Shown here one piece after another: positions 51,019 through 61,704 of a stretch of 64,000 bases of DNA (its first letter is position 1; every line of letters starts with the position of its first letter). The notes below the pieces were generated by a model. The model was not told the DNA's origin. It worked only from the letters and a program-made list of their open reading frames with translations, and searched no databases. This DNA comes from Candidatus Sulfomarinibacteraceae bacterium. GTDB taxonomy: Bacteria > Acidobacteriota > Thermoanaerobaculia > Thermoanaerobaculales > Sulfomarinibacteraceae. The stretch is from NCBI GenBank assembly GCA_963796455.1, contig CAWCLO010000010.1, positions 731,369 through 795,368 on the forward strand, read 5' to 3'. A program made the translations under genes and the position numbers.

Positions 51019-52549
51019 TCGAATGTATTGAGAATTCGCTGTTATCGCTGTGATGGCGATTGCGCTCGCCGGCACCGCTGCGGCGCAGGACAAACCCAAT
51101 ATCCTGGTGATCTGGGGTGACGACATCGGCCAGTTCAACATCTCCGCCTACAACATGGGGATTATGGGCTACAAGACCCCGAACATCGACCGCATCGCGG
51201 CCGAGGGCGCGGTGTTCACCGACTGGTACGGTCAGCAGAGCTGCACCGCCGGCCGCGCCGCCTTCATCACCGGGCAGTCGCCGATGCGAACGGGTCTGAC
51301 CAAGGTTGGGCTGCCCGGCGCACCGGAAGGGATGAAAAAGGAAGACCCGACCATCGCGGGCCTGCTCAAACCGCACGGCTACATGACCGGTCAGTTCGGC
51401 AAGAACCACCTCGGGGACCGCGACGAGATGCTGCCGACCAACCACGGATTCGACGAGTTTTTTGGCAACCTCTACCACCTGAATGCCGAGCAGGAGCCGG
51501 AACACCCCGATTATCCGAAGGATCCGGAGTTTCGTAAGAATTTTGGCCCACGCGGCGTGATCCACTCCTATGCGGACGGCCGTATCGAGGACACCGGACC
51601 ACTCACCAAAAAGCGAATGGAAACGGTAGATGAGGAAACCACCGCCGCCGCACTGGACTTCATGGACAGGGCAACCAAGGCTGACAAACCGTTCTTCCTC
51701 TGGTGGAACTCGACCCGGATGCACATCTGGACGCACCTCAAGGCCGAGTCCGAGGGCGTCACAGGTCTCGGCGTGTATGCCGACGGCATGGTCGAGCACG
51801 ACGGGATGGTCGGCCAGCTGCTCGACAAGCTCGACGAGCTTGGCATTGCCGACAACACCATCGTCATGTACTCAACCGATAACGGAGCGGAGTTCTTCAG
51901 TTGGCCCGACGGCGGCACCACCATGTTCCGCAACGAGAAGGCCACCCAGTGGGAGGGCGGCTTCCGCGTGCCGACGGCCATCCGCTGGCCGGGCGTGATC
52001 AAACCCGGAACGGTCAACAATGAAATCGGCGCCCATGAAGACATGCTGTCCACGCTGCTCGCGGCGGCGGGCGATGCCAACGTGAAGGAAGATCTTCTGA
52101 AGGGCAAAACGGTCGGCGACATGACCTATAAGGTCCACCTCGACGGCTACAACCTGCTGCCCGCGCTCAAGGGTGAAGCGGAGTGGCCACGTGAAGACTT
52201 CTTCTACTGGACCGACGACGGCAGCGTTGCCGCCCTGCGCTACAAGAACTGGAAGATCACATTCCTGAAGCAGGAAGCCGTGGGCATTGACGTCTGGCGG
52301 CATCCATACACGGCACTGCGTGCGCCGATGGTGGCCAACCTACGCATGGATCCGTTCGAGCGCGCCGAGCACGAGAGCATTGGCTACGACACATGGTGGG
52401 TGGATCACATGTTTGTATTCGCCCCTGCCGGAGCCTATGTTGGCCGATGGCTGCAGAGCTTCCGCGAGTTTCCACCGCGCCAGAAGCCCGGCAGCTTCAA
52501 CCTCGACAACGTGATGGCAGCGATAGCCAAGGGCGCGGGCGACAAATAA
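51013..52549 (+). CDS. Secreted arylsulfatase (Cys-type, CxAxR); likely 1-bp error in the signal peptide (in-frame ORF from 51050)
   Basis: PNILVIWGDDIG, QQSCTAGRAAFITG, GKNHLGD, STDNG, WEGGFRVP. Confidence 0.95.
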
Positions 52550-52560
52550 CGATTGAACAC

Positions 52561-52588
52561 ACCCGGGGGCCGCGAGGCCCCCGGGTTT
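52561..52588 (+). terminator. Intrinsic terminator or stabilising hairpin
   Basis: ACCCGGGGGCC-GCGA-GGCCCCCGGGT-TT. Confidence 0.8.
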
Positions 52589-52660
52589 GATGCTTTCGGC
52601 GTCGATTCGGACTCGGTTCGAACCGTTGCCGAGGCCCGACTCTGAGGGAAGGAAGAACAC

Positions 52661-53515
52661 GTGAAATCAGTGATAGCTGCCCTGCTTCTCGCCACGCTGT
52701 CCATGCTGCCGGCTCTGCCCGGCTGGTCGGACGAGCCGACGTCGAGCGACGGTTCCCACGCTTCCGAGGACACGACCGACCACGCCGAGCCGAATCGAGG
52801 CTTCCGGCTTGGACGGCAGGCAAGCTGGATATTCGGCAGCTTCCTGGAGGACGAAAGCGGCGACAACCTCACCCTCGGGCTCGAGTTCGAATCGTACTTC
52901 GGTCTCGGGGGCTACGAGGTCAAGAACATCTCCTACTTCGAGGTCGCGCATTACGCACGGGGCGTGCCGGGTCAACCGGCGGGAACCCCCGAGCCCAGCA
53001 TCGAGGCGGCCGACGGCATCAACGATCTGCTGTCGGCGTTCTGGTTCTCGAAAAAGGGCGCGCACCACGGCAAACACCATTTCTCGCTGGGCTTCGCAGC
53101 GCAGTTCCCGACCGCCTCCAGCGACACTCTGGGCAGCGGCAAGTGGTCACTCGGCCCCAGCTTCGACTACGAGTATAAGAGCGGCCGCTGGTTCGCCGGC
53201 GCCATCGCACTGCAGGTCTGGTCGGTGGCCGGCGACGACGATCGCAAGGACGTCAGCATGCTGATGGTCAAACCGTTCGCCTACTATACGATCAACAAAA
53301 AGTGGGACCTGATGTACGTGCCCTACGGCATCCAGGTCTACTGGAACAAACCGTCGGGAGAACAGGTGTACCTGCCCGTTGGCGGCGGCGTCCAGCGGAA
53401 GATCAACCTCGGATCGACACTGATGGATCTGGGCCTGGCCGCTTACTACAACATCGTTCGGCCGACGGGCGGCACCGTATGGGACGTCCGTTTGCTCGTC
53501 GAGTTCAACCTCTGA
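52661..53515 (+). CDS. Outer membrane beta-barrel transporter-like protein
   Basis: FPTASSDTLGSGKWSLGP, YLPVGGG; signal peptide. Confidence 0.8.
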   Translation: MKSVIAALLLATLSMLPALPGWSDEPTSSDGSHASEDTTDHAEPNRGFRLGRQASWIFGSFLEDESGDNLTLGLEFESYFGLGGYEVKNISYFEVAHYARGVPGQPAGTPEPSIEAADGINDLLSAFWFSKKGAHHGKHHFSLGFAAQFPTASSDTLGSGKWSLGPSFDYEYKSGRWFAGAIALQVWSVAGDDDRKDVSMLMVKPFAYYTINKKWDLMYVPYGIQVYWNKPSGEQVYLPVGGGVQRKINLGSTLMDLGLAAYYNIVRPTGGTVWDVRLLVEFNL

Positions 53516-53525
53516 AGGAGAGTTT

Positions 53526-54368
53526 ATGGCCCCACGCATCGCGCATTATTCCTTCTCGGCCGTCGTCATACGCTGGTTTGCGGTGCTGTCGGCTTTTCTG
53601 GTGCTTGGGGTCGTTCCCGCCGAGGGGGAGGACGATCCGGCGCGCATCTGGGTGCTGCCATTCGAGATCGACGCCGATTTCGGCGCCGCCAACGGCGATG
53701 CCGTCATTGGTCGATTCATGCCGATCAACACGATCAAGATTACCGAGCGCTGGAAGCTCGTCAACATCGCCATGGTGCAGATTGCCCATGCGCCGGGTGG
53801 ACGCCCCGGAGGCCCCGGAAATCCCGAGCCGGTCCCTGGTCCGAAGGTCTTCGGGCTGGGGGACCTCACCGACGCCGTGGTGCTCTCACCGAACAACAGC
53901 CGTTCATTTCAGTGGGGCGTCGGCCTCGCGGTCGGTGTGCCGACCGCCACCGATCCCTCCCTGGGCAGCGGAAAGTGGCAGATCGGCCCGGCCTTTCGCC
54001 TGAGTTGGGTGACCGATCTGTGGCGCGTCGGCGTCCTCGCGGCCGATCGTTGGTCCGTCGCCGGCGATCCGGATCGCGCCGAAACCCATCAGCTCCTGGC
54101 GCGTGGCCTGATCCGTCGCCGCCTCGGCGAACGGTGGTTCTTCATCTCGGCCCCGATCATCACCGCCAACTGGAATGCCCCATCCGGCCAGCGTTGGCTC
54201 GTGCCGCTCGGTGGCGGTGTGGGGCGCAGCTTCGATTTTCGACCGACGCGGATGAACCTGTCCTTCGAGGTCTTCGCCAATGTCATCAAGCCGGATGGTG
54301 CTCCGGATTGGGTGGCCCGGTTCGGGATGACCTTCCCGTTCAGAATTCCTGAGCGGGGCGGCCGATGA
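53526..54368 (+). CDS. Outer membrane beta-barrel transporter-like protein
   Basis: GLGDL, PTATDPSLGSGKWQIGP, PIITANW, WLVPLGGG. Confidence 0.82.
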   Translation: MAPRIAHYSFSAVVIRWFAVLSAFLVLGVVPAEGEDDPARIWVLPFEIDADFGAANGDAVIGRFMPINTIKITERWKLVNIAMVQIAHAPGGRPGGPGNPEPVPGPKVFGLGDLTDAVVLSPNNSRSFQWGVGLAVGVPTATDPSLGSGKWQIGPAFRLSWVTDLWRVGVLAADRWSVAGDPDRAETHQLLARGLIRRRLGERWFFISAPIITANWNAPSGQRWLVPLGGGVGRSFDFRPTRMNLSFEVFANVIKPDGAPDWVARFGMTFPFRIPERGGR

Positions 54369-54467
54369 GACGGAGTCACCGGGTTCTGTCGGCTGGACGG
54401 GCTCGTCGCTATCAGCAGGAGGGGAGTACGAGATGACTGTGACCAGGGGAATGCACTCAGGGACCGC

Positions 54468-54822
54468 ACGAAGTCAAGAACATCTCCTACTTCGACGTCA
54501 ACCAGCTCCTGATCGGCGGGCAGATTCGGCGGCGGCTGAAAAACCGGTGGTATTTCACTTCCAGTCCCATGATCACCGCCAACTGGAACGCGTCGGCCGA
54601 CCAACGCTGGCTGGTGCCGTTGGGAGGCGGGATCGGCAGGCCCTTCACCGTAGGCGGGAGCCCGATGGCGGTGTCGCTGCAAGCCTTTGCCAACGTGATC
54701 AAACCGGACGGCGCTCCCGACGGGCTGGTCCGGATCGCTGGGCCGAACTGAGCCTGGGCTTTGCTCTGTGCCGTGACGGCCTCGAACAGTCTCCCATCGA
54801 TCTCACCGGTGCGGTGCCGATG
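54468..54822 (+). pseudogene. Mosaic remnant: barrel-gene fragments plus an alpha-carbonic anhydrase N-terminal fragment
   Basis: 28-nt near-copy of 52914-52941; paralog of the 3' part of 53526..54368 (PMITANWN...VIKPDGAPD); then WAELSLGFALCRDGLEQSPIDL. Confidence 0.7.
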
Positions 54823-54945
54823 CGAGGACTCCGGAATCGAGCGACGTCTCGGGACCGAGGGCTTGAACTTTGAACAGCGTGTCCGGCATCCGATATCAAA
54901 GATCCAACATCCATCCAGCATCAAATATCCGACCGGGAGGACGCC

Positions 54946-55582
54946 ATGTCTGAACAGGCCTATACGGCAACCGCCAAGAGTCAGCTCGAACGGCTGGCCA
55001 CCCTCACCGACGTCGTCTACGGCGTGGCCCTGGTGTTGGTGGTGACCTGGCTGCCGTTGCCCGAGGAGAGCCATGCCGGTAGTGTCGTCTGGCTTGCCGA
55101 TCTGTGGGCCGAATACTCGAACAACATCGTCGCGGTCGTCATCGGTCTGGTCTTCACCATCATCTACTGGATCCGTTCTAACACCCTGATGACCGCGCTC
55201 GACCGTACCGATGGTGTTCACACCGGGCTTTCCATTGCCTCGGTCTTCTTCCTGCTTTTGCTGCTCTACATCGTGCGGGTGAGCGCCGAGGTTGCGGCGC
55301 CGAGCCGTCGGGCGGGTGAAAGCATTGCCGTGGCACTGATCGGGATTGCCGCCGGCGCTGCCTGGTGGTGGGCGCGACGAGAACGCTCTGGTGCGCGATG
55401 GTATTACAAGAGAAGAGAAGCTCGGTGTGCAAATCGAAGCATTTGCCGAGCCCCTCGCGGCGCTGGTAACGCTGCCATTCGCATTTGTCGGTGAGCTCGC
55501 GTGGAATCTCGCCTGGTTTGCCTATATTCCGATCGCGGCCTTTCTCAGACGCCGCGATAGATCGGCCGTGAACGATGTATGA
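54946..55582 (+). CDS. TMEM175 (DUF1211) family membrane protein; apparent frameshift near 55380
   Basis: RLATLTDVVYGVALVLVV resembles RLxxFSDxVFAIAxTLLV; IYW motif; about 6 TM. Confidence 0.72.
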
Positions 55583-55610
55583 TGTCGAGTTACGGACAAC
55601 AAAGGAGAAT

Positions 55611-56468
55611 ATGATGTCGACGACAGATTCGTTTTTCAATCGTAGCATTGTGCTCGCAGCGGCCGTCCTCATGACGGCGGCCCCGGCCGAGGCCCAGCGC
55701 GAGTGCGAGCCGCTCTTTGATAAGTTCAACTTCAAGGCTCGAGTTCAGTTTGGTCGAATTTCGAACACCGAGATCCGGCTCGATTCGGAGGCTCTAGGGG
55801 AAGGAACCACCCTCAATTTCGAGGACGACCTCGACCTCGAGCAATCGAGAGTCCATTCCGACCCTGGCCTTCGAGTGGCAGATCGCCAAGCGGCACCGCC
55901 TCGGGGTGCGTTGGCAGGACATCACCCGCGGCTTCCAACGCGCAGGCGCTGACCGAGATCCAGTGGGGCGACGAAACGATCCCCATCGACGCCGACATCA
56001 CCCTCGGATTCGACATCACCCAGACCTTCATCGATTACGCCTACTACCCATGGGTCAAGGACAAGTGGGCGGCCGGGTTCGGGCTCGGCCTCCGCTGGAT
56101 GGACGTCAGGGCGACGCTTCGTATCGCGGCAACGAAGAGAAGTCGAGGGAAGCACCGACGTCAAGGGCACGGGTCCTCTGCCGTATCTCTACTTCGAGTA
56201 CCGCCGGCTTTTCTCCGAGAAATGGCGCTTCATCGCCGGTCTCGGGTGGCTGTATATCAGCATCGAGGACATCAGCGGCGGCCAGTGGATCGGCCGGCTC
56301 GGCATCGAGTATCTGGTGGGTAAGCGGTGGAGCTTTGGCGCCGCCATCAACTTCGCCACCATCGATGTCGACTGGGATGCCATCAAGACCGAAGACGGTG
56401 GACTGCTCACCATGGCCCTCAAAATGGACATCAACGACTTTTCGTTCTTTGTCCGGGTGAGGTTCTAA
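55611..56468 (+). CDS. Outer membrane beta-barrel protein, paralog 1 of 3; multiple frameshifts (errors or decay)
   Basis: AEAQRECEPLFDKFNF...TEIRLDSE...ends VRVRF; strongly similar to the 59593 and 60562 genes. Confidence 0.75.
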
Positions 56469-56587
56469 CCCAACTACCCACCCAGATAACGAGATGCGAA
56501 GATGGAATTTACCCGATAAAGCCTCCCTCGGGTGGGAGGGTGGATCTCGTATCTCATCCTCGTATCTGCGCCGACCGCTGGTTTCTG

Positions 56588-56859
56588 ATGAAGAATCCTG
56601 GATCTGCGCTCGTTGTCTTCGTGTTCTGTCTCCTGGTGGTCATTCCTGGGGCGGTCGGCGCACAGGGAAATCGAGCCCCGTGTCTACGCCAACACCCCGG
56701 GTGGGTCTGAACTCCTGGCCGTCGGTCACAGCTACTCCAGCGGCAATATATTCATGGGACCCGTCGCTGCCGATCGAGGATCTCGATGGGCGCGTCAACA
56801 TTGCGCTCAGGCGGGACCCGATTTCGATTGTCGCGGTCGCCTATCAGTTCGCGTGGTGA
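56588..56859 (+). pseudogene. Internally deleted transporter-type (SphA/MetA-pathway-like) barrel gene
   Basis: Signal peptide, EIEPRVYANTP...SYSSGN..DPSLPIEDL joined directly to a terminal strand VAYQFAW*. Confidence 0.6.
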
Positions 56860-56907
56860 GCGTGGTGAAATGCCCCGCCTGCTTTGAAATCAAAAGGAGA
56901 GTGTTCG

Positions 56908-57453
56908 ATGTTTAAGAATATTTGGAAGTGGATGCCGGCGATAGTTCTGGTGTGTTTTGGAGTCGGGTGCGGCCAGGTGGCGCCGCTTGAAGACACCCCT
57001 GAGAATCGGCTCGAACAGGCCCGCGCGTTGACCGCCGCCGAGGTGGCATCGGGTGCACTCGACGACATGCTCGACGAGGGCGCTGCGCTGGCCACGGAGG
57101 CTACCGCCGACATGCTCATGCTCGAGCTCGAGCGCGAGCCCTCCGAGGAGGATCTCGCACAGCTCGAGGCGGTGATGCGCGCCAGTTTGGCGGATTTCCT
57201 CACTGCGGACCTGTGGCAGGAAGCGGTCGCCAACGTCTATGCCGACAACTTCACCGCAGCGGAGCTCAAAGAGACGGTGGACTTCTATACGTCGCCCGCC
57301 GGCGGTAAGATCCTCGGGCTTCAGCGATCGCTCGACACGGCGGTCGGGGACGCGGTGGAAGCCGCGCTCGAGAAGCACCAGGACGAATTTGCTGCGCGAG
57401 TGGATGCGGCATTGGCCGAACGATTTCCGGAGCTGGCCGAAGGAGCGTCGTGA
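56908..57453 (+). CDS. DUF2059 domain lipoprotein
   Basis: Lipobox-like GVGC; YADNFTAAELKETVDFYTSPAGGKI. Confidence 0.82.
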   Translation: MFKNIWKWMPAIVLVCFGVGCGQVAPLEDTPENRLEQARALTAAEVASGALDDMLDEGAALATEATADMLMLELEREPSEEDLAQLEAVMRASLADFLTADLWQEAVANVYADNFTAAELKETVDFYTSPAGGKILGLQRSLDTAVGDAVEAALEKHQDEFAARVDAALAERFPELAEGAS

Positions 57454-57929
57454 TGACCGACCTCAAAACCAGGCGCACGCTGACCCTGTGGGTGGTCGTC
57501 GCGGCGGTGGTTGTGACGGTTGCCTCTCTACCGACGCTCCCGGCCGCTGCCCAGTCCCAAACCATGCAGCGAATTCTCTATGGCGAGATACTGTCCGCCG
57601 AACGGATCACCATTCGCGATCAGGCGACGGGTCGCGGCGCCCAGGCCGGGTCGACCGTAGGTGCCGTTGCGGGATACGCCCTTGCCGACGGGCGGGACCG
57701 ATGGCTGGGTGCGCTGGTTGGTGGGGTTCTCGGGGGTGCCGCCGGCAACGCGGCCGAGAAGGCGAAGAAAAAGAAACCGGGCTGGGACCTCATCATCCGT
57801 CTCGAAAACGGCGAGGAGGTCGGCATCCAGGTGCCGATGAAGAAACGCAGCAAAGTGGTTTTTTCGCCGGGTGACAAGGTTCGATTGACGTCCGGGCCAA
57901 ACGGCGAAACCCGGGTGACCAAGGTCTGA
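57450..57929 (+). CDS. Glycine zipper 2TM domain protein (SlyB-like)
   Basis: GSTVGAVAG...GALVGGVLGGAAGNA, IRLENG, FSPGDKV. Confidence 0.8.
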   Translation: MMTDLKTRRTLTLWVVVAAVVVTVASLPTLPAAAQSQTMQRILYGEILSAERITIRDQATGRGAQAGSTVGAVAGYALADGRDRWLGALVGGVLGGAAGNAAEKAKKKKPGWDLIIRLENGEEVGIQVPMKKRSKVVFSPGDKVRLTSGPNGETRVTKV

Positions 57930-58088
57930 CAGAAAGGCTAAACTGCTGCTGTATTGATCCGCCCATATATCGCAGGGCTCTTCAGGTTCTAGCGATCGCG
58001 TCGCACACAGTGGGCGGCGGATCGCGACGTTGAGGCGGCGACAGTTCGGTCTCTCGGACCAGCCGGTGGGGACGAAAGGGGAGCGATC

Positions 58089-59479
58089 ATGGGACGAAAC
58101 ATCAACCGCCGATCATTCATTATCCTGCTGATATGCATAGCGGTGCTGGTGACCGTCTCTGGTACCGGCGATGCCGCAAAGAAAAAGGTCTCGCAGCAGT
58201 ACGTGCTGACCGCCGCCGAGCTCCAGCTCGAGCTCATGAGCTACGCGGACCGCTACGCCGCGACGGTTGTCCAGGCCTCGGAAGACGTGGAACGTCTGGA
58301 ATTCTCCGCCGGAGGTGCGGCGCGCCGTCGTCGGAGACGTGGTCTTCTCAGCGGCGGCAGCCTATACCATCGCCGCGGATTCCGATCCGCAGCTCGCTCT
58401 GCTCGACATGGTGGTCATGACCACACTGGGCCGGATGGTCTACCAGGAATACTGGCCGGAGCATCTCGGAGACGCCACCGTGCCCATGATCGCGGCATTC
58501 GAGAAGCTGGAGCGCGATATCTGGAACGTCGCATCGCCGATTCTCGATTCCCAACAGCAAGAGGAGCTGCGGGAAAGGATCGAACTGTTTCGCGGAGAAC
58601 AACCCGGAGCTCAGCACCTTCAGCCATCTGCGTTTTGCCGACTTCCCCTCCAAACGGCCCGATTCGACCCTTCAAAAGAAGAAATCGGGAGGCATCTTTT
58701 CATCGGTCAAGAACATCACCGAGCAGGTGGAGCAGACCCGGATCTTGGCCGAGAGGGCCATCTTCTTGTCGACCCGGCTGCCGCTGCTCACCGGCGGATT
58801 TGCCGACATCTGGGTCACCCGATTGACCTTCAACCCAGCAGTCGAGGAGCTCAGAGGGGACATCAACACCTTTGCCGAGGTGTCGGATCGTCTCGCCACG
58901 GTGGCCGAGCAGCTGCCCGAGACCATCAACGCCGAACGCAAGGAGACCATCGAGCAGGTGGCGAGAGAGGCGGATACCCTCAGGTACGAAGCCATCGAAC
59001 AGGTGTTCGAGGGTGTTGCCGAGGAGCGCCGGGCGATCCTCGCGCAGCTCATCGAAGAGGAAAAACGGTTGGGAGGCCTGATCGCCGAGCTGCGAGCAAC
59101 ACTGGCAGAGGCCAACACGCTGACGGTGTCTGCGGACGCGCTTGCCCAGAGACTCGAGATCGGGGCGCCGCTTGAACCCGGGGAGAAACCATTCGATATC
59201 GAGGACTATCGCGCCGCCCTGATTGATGCGAGAACCATGATTACCGAGGCCAACGGACTGCTCCAGACGACCAATGAGCTCCTCAACTCGCCGGGTGCCA
59301 ACCGGTTGGTGCCGAGCCTGGTCGAGGCGATCAACGAGGCGGGTGAGACCAGCGAGGAGCTGGTTGACCACAGCTTCCTCCGCGCTGCTCTCCTGATCCT
59401 GCTAGCCCTGGTCGGTTATGTCGTCGCCAGGCTCAGCTATCGCTGGCTCGATTTGAAGTTCTTTGGCAGCGCTCCCTGA
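58089..59479 (+). CDS. Hypothetical helical/coiled-coil protein with C-terminal TM; apparent frameshifts near 58305 and 58600
   Basis: Three consecutive overlapping ORFs; signal peptide, LQLELMSYADRY, ALLDMVV..TL.R, terminal TM. Confidence 0.7.
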
Positions 59480-59592
59480 AGCGATTCTCCTCGTGATTGA
59501 TTGGGGATCGGTGGGTGTCCGCGGGCGGATCAGAAACGGTCCGGACGCGTTATGATGGCTCACAGACAGAGATCCAAGGAGGAATGAAAGTT

Positions 59593-60441
59593 ATGAGTCG
59601 CTTCCGGAATGCCATTGTTATTGGTGCGATGTGCGTTGTGTTCATGTCGCTGGCAGCGGCTCCGGCCGAGGCGCAGCGCGAGTACAACCCGCTCTTCGAT
59701 AAATTCAACTTCCAGGTCGAAGCCAGCTGGATCAACCTCTCGACCGAGATCCGGCTCGATTCCGAGATCCTCGGTACGGGCACGACCATAGATTTCGAGA
59801 ACCTCGGTCTGGCGGCTGACAAGACCATCCCCACCCTCGCCTTCCAGTGGCAGATCGCCAAGCGGCACCGGGTCGGCGTCCGCTGGCAGGACATCGATCG
59901 CAGCTCGACGACGCATGTGGAAGACGAGATCCACTGGGGCGACGAGATCATACCCGTGGATGCCACGCTCGGCCTGGACGTCGGCATCACTCAAACATTT
60001 ATCGACTACGCCTTCTATCCGTGGGTCAAGGAGCGCTGGGCGGCCGGGTTCGGTCTTGGCCTCCGCTGGATGGACCTCTCGACGACGTTTGCGTGGGATG
60101 GTGCGAACGTCGAGGAAGGCGGGAGGAGCACGGCCGCCGCGTCCGGCCCGCTGCCGTACCTCTACTTCGAATATCGACGCTTGTTTTCCGAAAACTGGCG
60201 CTTCATGGCAGGTCTCGGCTGGCTCGGCCTCAAGGTCGGGGACATCGACGGGACCCAGTGGGTCGCCCACGCGGGTATCGAGTACCTGATTGGCAAACGG
60301 TGGTCGGTTGGTGCCGGATTCAATTTTGCGGTCGTGGATGTCGACTGGGTGGGTATCGAAACTGACCAGGGCAGCTTGCTCGACGGAGCCCTCAATTTCG
60401 ACATCAACGACTTCAGCATCAACGCACGGGTGAGGTTTTAG
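59593..60441 (+). CDS. Outer membrane beta-barrel protein, paralog 2 of 3
   Basis: Signal (AEA-Q), REYNPLFDKFNF, ends ARVRF. Confidence 0.85.
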   Translation: MSRFRNAIVIGAMCVVFMSLAAAPAEAQREYNPLFDKFNFQVEASWINLSTEIRLDSEILGTGTTIDFENLGLAADKTIPTLAFQWQIAKRHRVGVRWQDIDRSSTTHVEDEIHWGDEIIPVDATLGLDVGITQTFIDYAFYPWVKERWAAGFGLGLRWMDLSTTFAWDGANVEEGGRSTAAASGPLPYLYFEYRRLFSENWRFMAGLGWLGLKVGDIDGTQWVAHAGIEYLIGKRWSVGAGFNFAVVDVDWVGIETDQGSLLDGALNFDINDFSINARVRF

Positions 60442-60447
60442 ACAGGC

Positions 60448-60498
60448 GCACCGATGCTCGGTGCTCGATACTGGATACTAGATGCTGGATGCTGGATG
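60448..60498 (+). repeat. GATRCTR heptamer array, duplicated after paralog 3
   Basis: CGCACCGATGCTCGGTGCTCGATACTGGAT is identical after both genes, followed by GATGCTG units. Confidence 0.85.
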
Positions 60499-60561
60499 AC
60501 CGCTGGGGTGACCTTGTGATGAGTGCGGGCTAGAATACGGCTGCGCGTTTATCGGGGGGGC

Positions 60562-61422
60562 ATGATGGCGCTGAATCCAGAGCGGAGTTTTCTCGCGGTA
60601 GCATTATTTTTCGGGTGTCTGGTCGTGGCGGCTCCGGCGACGGTCGAAGCGCAGCGCGAGTACCAGCCCCTCTTCGACAAATTCAACTTCAAGCTTGAAG
60701 GCAGCTGGGTCGGACTGAATACCGAGATCAGGCTCGACTCCGAGCTGCTCGGCAAGGGCACGACCCTCAACTTCGAGGACGACCTCGATCTCGGCAACCG
60801 AGAGCAGATCCCGACCCTCGCCTTCGAATGGCAGATCGCGCGCAAGCACAAGCTGGCGGTGCGGTGGCAGGACATCGACCGCGGCTCGAACACCCAGGCG
60901 CTGACTGAAATCCGGTGGGGCAACGAGATCATTCCTGTCGACGCCGACATAACCCTCGGGTTCGACATCACGCAGACCTTTGTCGACTATGCCTACTACC
61001 CCTGGTCGAAGGAGCGGTGGGCGGCCGGGTTCGGCCTCGGCTTCCGCTGGATGGACCTTCAGGCGACATTGGCCTATCACGACGAAGGAAACGACGTCGA
61101 AGGCAGCTCCGATGTCAGAGGCTCCGCTCCTTTGCCCTACGTCTATTTTGAGTACAGGCGTCTCCTTTCCGACCGTTGGCGGATGATCACCGGCCTAGGG
61201 TTCTTCTACTTGAAAATCGACGACATCGAGGGCGGCCAGTGGATTGCGCGCGGCGGCGTCGAGTACCTGGCCGGCAAGAGATGGGCCTTTGGTGCGGCCG
61301 TCAATCTGTCGGACATCAACGTCGACTGGAACGCGATTTCGACCGAGGATGAGGATGTTCTCAATCTCGCTCTCAACATGGCCATCAACGATTTCAGTCT
61401 CTTTGTGCGGGTGAGGTTTTAA
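60562..61422 (+). CDS. Outer membrane beta-barrel protein, paralog 3 of 3
   Basis: Signal (VEA-Q), REYQPLFDKFNF, ends VRVRF. Confidence 0.85.
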   Translation: MMALNPERSFLAVALFFGCLVVAAPATVEAQREYQPLFDKFNFKLEGSWVGLNTEIRLDSELLGKGTTLNFEDDLDLGNREQIPTLAFEWQIARKHKLAVRWQDIDRGSNTQALTEIRWGNEIIPVDADITLGFDITQTFVDYAYYPWSKERWAAGFGLGFRWMDLQATLAYHDEGNDVEGSSDVRGSAPLPYVYFEYRRLLSDRWRMITGLGFFYLKIDDIEGGQWIARGGVEYLAGKRWAFGAAVNLSDINVDWNAISTEDEDVLNLALNMAINDFSLFVRVRF

Positions 61423-61427
61423 ACGGC

Positions 61428-61492
61428 CGCACCGATGCTCGGTGCTCGATACTGGATGCCAGATACTAGATGCTGGATGCTGGATGCTGGAT
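61428..61492 (+). repeat. GATRCTR heptamer array, second and longer copy
   Basis: gatgctc ggtgctc gatactg gatgcca gatacta gatgctg gatgctg gatgctg gat. Confidence 0.85.
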
Positions 61493-61704
61493 CGGGCCAC
61501 TCCATGGATCCCTCCGCTCGCTCGTAGGACTCCCTCGGTCGAAATGACAGACTTTCTGTTCGCTGTTCGCTGTTGGCTGTCGCCAGCCGCTGCCCCGGAA
61601 CGCTGTCGCTGGTTGTTTTCCCTGCCGCGGTGATTCGGGTTCGCGCCGTTCGTAGCTCAGCCCTTTGCGACCGAGTACTATGACTGTTCAGGAGGCAACC
61701 CACA

